NCBI GenBank assembly: GCA_964556925.1
Contig: CAZKXY010000003.1
Coordinates: 1 to 62,258, forward strand
Source of the DNA: an uncultured Planctomycetales bacterium
GTDB lineage: Bacteria; Omnitrophota; Gorgyraeia; Aquiviventales; Aquiviventaceae
Length of the DNA: 62,258 bases
Direction: 5' to 3'
Shown in pieces: positions 55,265 through 62,258 of this stretch. The translations under genes and the position numbers were made by a program. Position 1 is the first letter of the stretch. Every line of letters begins with the position of its first letter. The notes below the pieces were generated by a model. That model had not been told where the DNA came from. It made no database searches and saw only the letters and a program-made list of their open reading frames with translations.

Positions 55265-56481
55265 GTCAGTCGGGCCTTGATGGCCTCGAAGTGGCGTGGC
55301 AATCCCTCGATCGCGGTGAGCTGCTCCAAAGGCACCCGCATCCGCTCGAGCGCCTTCTTCGTGTAGCTGATGACATGGGTGCGGCGGATAAAGTCGTCGA
55401 TCCCCAGGCCAGAAAACGTGCGGGCGGAGCCGCCGGTGGGCAGCACATGGCTGGGCCCGGCCACGTAGTCGCCGACGGTGACCGGCGAGTACGGCCCCAG
55501 GAAGATCGCCCCGGCGCGCGTGATCCGCTTGGCGAGCTTGTACGGCGAGCGCACCATGATCTCCAGGTGCTCCGGCGCGATGCGGTTGGCCGCCTCCGCC
55601 GCCTCCTCAAGGTTCTTCACGAGAATGCAGTAGCCGCCCGGCACCTGCTTGCGCGCCAGCTTCGCCAGCGCCCTCGAGGTCGTGATGAGAAACCCGACGC
55701 CGCCCGCGTGCTCGGTCTCGCCCAGCAGGTCGGCGAGCACATACTGCGGGTTGGAGTAGCGGTTGGCGATCACCGCGATCTCCGACGGGCCGGCGATCGT
55801 GTCCACATCCACGAAGCCGAAGACCTGGCGCTTGGCCTCCGCCACGTAGGCGTTGCCCGGCCCGATGAGCTTGTCCACCTTCGGGATCGTCTTCGTCCCA
55901 AAGGCCATCGCCGCGATCGCCTGTGCGCCGCCCATCTTGTACACCTCCGCGACGTCCAGCAGGCTGGCCACCGCGAGGATGTGCGGATCGACGCTGCCGT
56001 CCTTGCGCGGCGGCGTCGCGAGGATGATCCGCTTGACCCCGGCGCGCTGGGCCGGGATCACCGTCATGTACACGGTGGAGACGAGGCTGGCCGTCCCGCC
56101 GGGGATGTAGATGCCGACCCGGTCGATCGGGTCGAATTTCTCGCCCAGCACCACGCCGTCGCCATCGACGCACCGCATCGGCTTGACGCGCGGCCGGCCG
56201 TAGAACGCCTGGACGTTCTGGATGGCGCTCTTGAGCTGCAGCGCAAACTTCGGATCCAGGTGCTGGAACGCCCCGGAGATCTCGGCCTCGGTCACCCGCA
56301 GCTGCCTCGGCGTCAGCCGCACCTTGTCGAAGCGCCGCGTGGCGCGCAGCAGCGCCTCATCGCCGTCCTGGTAGACCTCATCGAGGATCCGGCGCACCGT
56401 CTCCTCGATCCGCCGCCGGCGGACGAGCTGCCGGGCGCAGAGGCGCTGCCACTCTTGGCTTGTAGTCGAGATTACTTTCAT
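55261..56481 (-). CDS. hisD: Histidinol dehydrogenase
   Basis: VGIYIPGG, GGAQAIAAMA.GT, GPGN.YV..AK, AGPSE, GDYVAGPSHVLPT. Confidence 0.96.
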   Translation of the reverse strand: MKVISTTSQEWQRLCARQLVRRRRIEETVRRILDEVYQDGDEALLRATRRFDKVRLTPRQLRVTEAEISGAFQHLDPKFALQLKSAIQNVQAFYGRPRVKPMRCVDGDGVVLGEKFDPIDRVGIYIPGGTASLVSTVYMTVIPAQRAGVKRIILATPPRKDGSVDPHILAVASLLDVAEVYKMGGAQAIAAMAFGTKTIPKVDKLIGPGNAYVAEAKRQVFGFVDVDTIAGPSEIAVIANRYSNPQYVLADLLGETEHAGGVGFLITTSRALAKLARKQVPGGYCILVKNLEEAAEAANRIAPEHLEIMVRSPYKLAKRITRAGAIFLGPYSPVTVGDYVAGPSHVLPTGGSARTFSGLGIDDFIRRTHVISYTKKALERMRVPLEQLTAIEGLPRHFEAIKARLT

Positions 56482-56572
56482 CCTGCGAGCATCCTGCGTG
56501 ATTCGGATAGAGCGGACCGTTTCCCTTTTCCTATCGCTCGACTGAAGGAAAAGGGAAGCGGTCCGGCTGTTC

Positions 56573-56576
<4 letters not shown>
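56478..56576. repeat. Family E element E3, 91-bp insert between two ATGA
   Basis: GGACCGTTTCCCTTTTCC...GGAAAAGGGAAGCGGTCC; spans alaS stop to hisD start. Confidence 0.85.
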
Positions 56577-59255
<2,679 letters not shown>

Positions 59256-59269
<14 letters not shown>

Positions 59270-59735
59270 CGGAGCGCTGACCGAAGGATTCGCGAAGGAG
59301 GCGGTCGATCAGGTCCGCGTCGAACCCGCGGGATGCCAAGGCGCGTGCCAGGCGCGCCGGGGTCGCGCGCTGGGATCTGGTCCGGAAGGCGCGTGCCGCC
59401 ACGTCGCGGGCGCGCGCTTCATCATCAGCGAGTTGAGGAGACGATCTTGTGGCCTCATCGATCACCTGTCTGGAGAGCCCTTTGGCCGCGAGCTTCAGCC
59501 GGATGGCGGATGCGGCATACCCCTGCCGCGTCCAGTGGCCCGCCCACAGCCGGGCGCAGGCGCGGTCATCCAACACGCCGCGCGCGCGGAAGGCGCGCGC
59601 GGCCCGCCTGGCCTCGGCCGAGGGCACCCCGCGACGCGTCAGGTGCTGCACGGCCTCGTGTGTCGACTTCACCCCGGAGCGCAGGTAGCGCGCAAGGACC
59701 GCGTGCGCCTCATTCCCCGGTTTTGATGACGACAT
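59256..59735 (-). CDS. recX: Regulatory protein RecX; start uncertain
   Basis: LDDRACA, KL..KG, LA.RGF motifs; directly upstream of alaS, near recA. Confidence 0.8.
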
Positions 59736-61224
59736 ACCCTCGGTTCGTTCTCACCAGGGCGTTGCCTTTGACCTGGGCGATCGCGTTGCGGTAATCGGCC
59801 AAGTTCTGGATGCGGATCCGGTTGATCTCATTGATGATCTCGCCGCCATGGAGGCCGGCCTGCTCCGACGGGCTGCCCTCGTCCACCTCGACCACGACGA
59901 CGCCGGTCGTGTTCGACGGCAGGTTCAGCCGCTCGAGATGCTCCGGCGCGAGGGCGCTGACGCGCAGGCCCCGCCACGACTCGGTGGCAGCGCCGGCGCC
60001 TTCCAGATCCGCGTCGGACGGCCGCTCGCCAATCTCGACCTGCACGGTCTGGCGGCTGCCGTTCCGCAAGAGCTCGACGGGCACGCGCCGGCCGCTCTTC
60101 GTCTGGCTCACGGCGTCAATGAGCTCCCGCGAATGGTGGATGGGCTTGCCGTCAAACGATTTGACGATGTCCCCGTCCTGGATGCCGGCCGTGCTCGCCG
60201 GGGACTCCGGCAGCACCTGGTACACGAGCACCCCCTCGCGCTCTTGGATGCCGTAGTACTCCGCCACGTCCGGCGTGATGTCCTGGATCTGGATGCCCAG
60301 CCAGCCGTACACCACCTTCCTGCCCTCGATGAGCTGGCTGAGGATGCCCTTCGCCCGGTTGATCGGGATCGCGAACCCGATCCCCTCGAACCCGCGCGAG
60401 CTCGTCAGGATCGCGACGTTGACGCCGATCACCTCGCCCTGGAGGTTCAGCAGCGGCCCCCCGCTGTTGCCGGGATTGATGGCCGCGTCCGTCTGGATGA
60501 GGTCCGAGTAGTCGCGGTCGTGGCGCGAGGTGCGCGGCAGCTGGCGGTGCAGCGCGCTGATGACGCCGACCGTCAACGTCGGCTCGGCCCCGAAGGCCCG
60601 CACCGAGGGGCCGACCCCGACCAGGCCGAAGGGGTTGCCGAGGGCGACCGCCCACTGGCCGGGCCGCACGCTGTCCGAGTCGCCGAGCGGGGCCACCGGC
60701 ATCTTCTTCCCCTCGATCCGGATGACCGCCAGGTCGGAACGCGGATCCTTGCCCTTCACCGTGCCGACGAATTCGCGGCCATCGGCCGCGGTGACCGTGA
60801 TCTTCTCGGCGTCGGCCACGACGTGCTCGTTGGTCAGGACATACCCTTGCTCGTCGATGATCACGCCGGAGCCGAGGCCGAAGCGCCGGAACTCCTGCTC
60901 GGGCGCGTTGCCGTAGAACTGCCGGAAGAACTCCTCGAAGTAGTCGTCGCCGCCGAAGAACGGGTGGACGCGGAAGTACCGGCGCACGCGCTCAATCTGC
61001 TCGGTGGAGATGCTGACGACGGCCGGCCCGATGCGCTGGCCGATCCGCTCGAACGCCGCCTGCAACGAGTCGGCTTCCCCGAGAGTCGCGGCCTGGGCCG
61101 ACGACGGTTGCGGGACCGCCTTGCCGCCGCTGCTGGACCAGAGATCGGTGCGCCCGATGAGCGAGGCCGCCACCGCGATGCCGCCGAGCAGTCCCGCCCC
61201 CAGCCCTGTGCGCCGCCACCTCAT
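59710..61224 (-). CDS. HtrA/DegP-family serine protease with two PDZ domains
   Basis: GLGSGVII, TNEHVV, DLAVI, QTDAAINPGNSGGPL. Confidence 0.95.
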   Translation of the reverse strand: MRWRRTGLGAGLLGGIAVAASLIGRTDLWSSSGGKAVPQPSSAQAATLGEADSLQAAFERIGQRIGPAVVSISTEQIERVRRYFRVHPFFGGDDYFEEFFRQFYGNAPEQEFRRFGLGSGVIIDEQGYVLTNEHVVADAEKITVTAADGREFVGTVKGKDPRSDLAVIRIEGKKMPVAPLGDSDSVRPGQWAVALGNPFGLVGVGPSVRAFGAEPTLTVGVISALHRQLPRTSRHDRDYSDLIQTDAAINPGNSGGPLLNLQGEVIGVNVAILTSSRGFEGIGFAIPINRAKGILSQLIEGRKVVYGWLGIQIQDITPDVAEYYGIQEREGVLVYQVLPESPASTAGIQDGDIVKSFDGKPIHHSRELIDAVSQTKSGRRVPVELLRNGSRQTVQVEIGERPSDADLEGAGAATESWRGLRVSALAPEHLERLNLPSNTTGVVVVEVDEGSPSEQAGLHGGEIINEINRIRIQNLADYRNAIAQVKGNALVRTNRGYVVIKTGE

Positions 61225-61237
61225 GGTTTCCTCTCCT

Positions 61238-62258
61238 TCATGTGGCGCGGGATGACACCGGTTCAGCCGCCGCCCGATCCTTGGTCGGCTGCGGCCCAGG
61301 CTCATGCGCGCGGCTGCGAATCTGCTGCTCCAATTGCTGCATCAGCTTGGGATTCTCTCGGAGGAACAGCCGGGCGGCCTCGCGGCCCTGCCCGAGCTTC
61401 GCCTCGCCCGCGGAGAGCCAGCTCCCCTGCCGCTGGATGACCCCCACGGTCTCGCCGACGTCCAGGAGGCTGCCGGCCTTTGAGATCCCCTCGTCGAACA
61501 GGATGTCGAACTCCGCCTGGCGAAATGGGGGGGCCACCTTGTTCTTGACGATCTTCGCCCGCACGCGGTTGCCCACCGCGCGCTCGCCCACCTTGATGCT
61601 CTCCAGCCGCCGCAGGTCGATGCGGACCGACGCGTAGAACTTCAGCGCCCGTCCTCCCGGCGTGACCTCGGGGTTCCCGAACAGCACCCCGATCTTCTCT
61701 CGAAGCTGGTTGATGAAGATGCAGCAGGTCTTCGACCTGGCGATGGCCGCGGTCAGCTTGCGCAGCGCCTGGCTCATGAGCCGCGCCTGCAGGCCGACGA
61801 ACTGGTCGCCCATCTCCCCCTCGATCTCCGCGCGCGGCACCAGGGCCGCGACTGAATCAATGACGATCACATCGACCGCGTTGGAGCGCACGAGCGTCTC
61901 GGCGATCTCCAGCGCCTGCTCGCCGGTGTCCGGCTGCGACACGAGCAGGTCGTCGAGGTTGACCCCGATCGTCTTCGCGTAGGTGGGATCGAGCGCGTGC
62001 TCGGCGTCGATGAAGGCCGCCACGCCGCCGGCCCGCTGCGCCTCCACCAGGATGCTGAGGCTGAGGGTGGTCTTGCCCGAGGACTCCGGACCGAAGATCT
62101 CCACGACGCGCCCGCGCGGCACCCCGCCGATCCCCAGCGCCAGATCCAGCGCCAGCGACCCGGTGGGCACCGCCGGGATATCGAGCTTGGTGTCCTGCCC
62201 CAGCCGCATGATCGAGCCCTTCCCGAACTGCTTCTCGATCTGGCTGAGGGTCAGCTCC
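61238..62258 (-). CDS. recA: Recombinase A (5' end beyond the window)
   Basis: [42 protein letters not shown]. Confidence 0.98.
   Translation of the reverse strand, partial: ELTLSQIEKQFGKGSIMRLGQDTKLDIPAVPTGSLALDLALGIGGVPRGRVVEIFGPESSGKTTLSLSILVEAQRAGGVAAFIDAEHALDPTYAKTIGVNLDDLLVSQPDTGEQALEIAETLVRSNAVDVIVIDSVAALVPRAEIEGEMGDQFVGLQARLMSQALRKLTAAIARSKTCCIFINQLREKIGVLFGNPEVTPGGRALKFYASVRIDLRRLESIKVGERAVGNRVRAKIVKNKVAPPFRQAEFDILFDEGISKAGSLLDVGETVGVIQRQGSWLSAGEAKLGQGREAARLFLRENPKLMQQLEQQIRSRAHEPGPQPTKDRAAAEPVSSRAT

Noticed and set aside
61221-61241. ATGA on both sides of the recA/htrA spacer as another element insertion
   Set aside because: The 13-bp spacer is simply an SD (AGGAGAGG) with no palindrome; kept as a chance-match control.

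Overview
High-GC (about 68-70% by spot counts) bacterial chromosomal window. It probably comes from a PVC-superphylum organism (Omnitrophota-like); this is inferred from a PVC-type small basic protein and the gene style. About 65 CDS are present, all on the minus strand except an exeA/exeB-like pair. They include a phospholipid and fatty-acid catabolic cluster, his and trp genes, alaS, lepA/lepB, DNA-repair genes (polX, two HhH-GPD glycosylases, radC, a broken dinB, recX, 5'-truncated recA) and assorted housekeeping genes. I saw no rRNA, tRNA, CRISPR array or transposase. Main non-routine signals: (1) eight 124-140 bp palindromic elements that sit exactly at start codons, each flanked by a duplicated ATGA, apparently splitting former stop/start overlaps without damaging either gene; (2) an identical palindromic 12-mer (AGAC-N4-GTCT) between the -35 and -10 of the DUF6504-dinB promoter and twice upstream of an unannotated 49-aa membrane peptide gene with its own promoter, RBS-occluding hairpin and terminator, a candidate new SOS box with a TisB/DinQ-like effector; (3) several further dispersed palindrome families, two of them inserted in frame in dinB; (4) a cNMP-binding/ParA-like/patatin fusion; (5) a low-GC patch of about 600 bp inside alaS. 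All calls were made by eye; family names are recalled resemblances, not database results.
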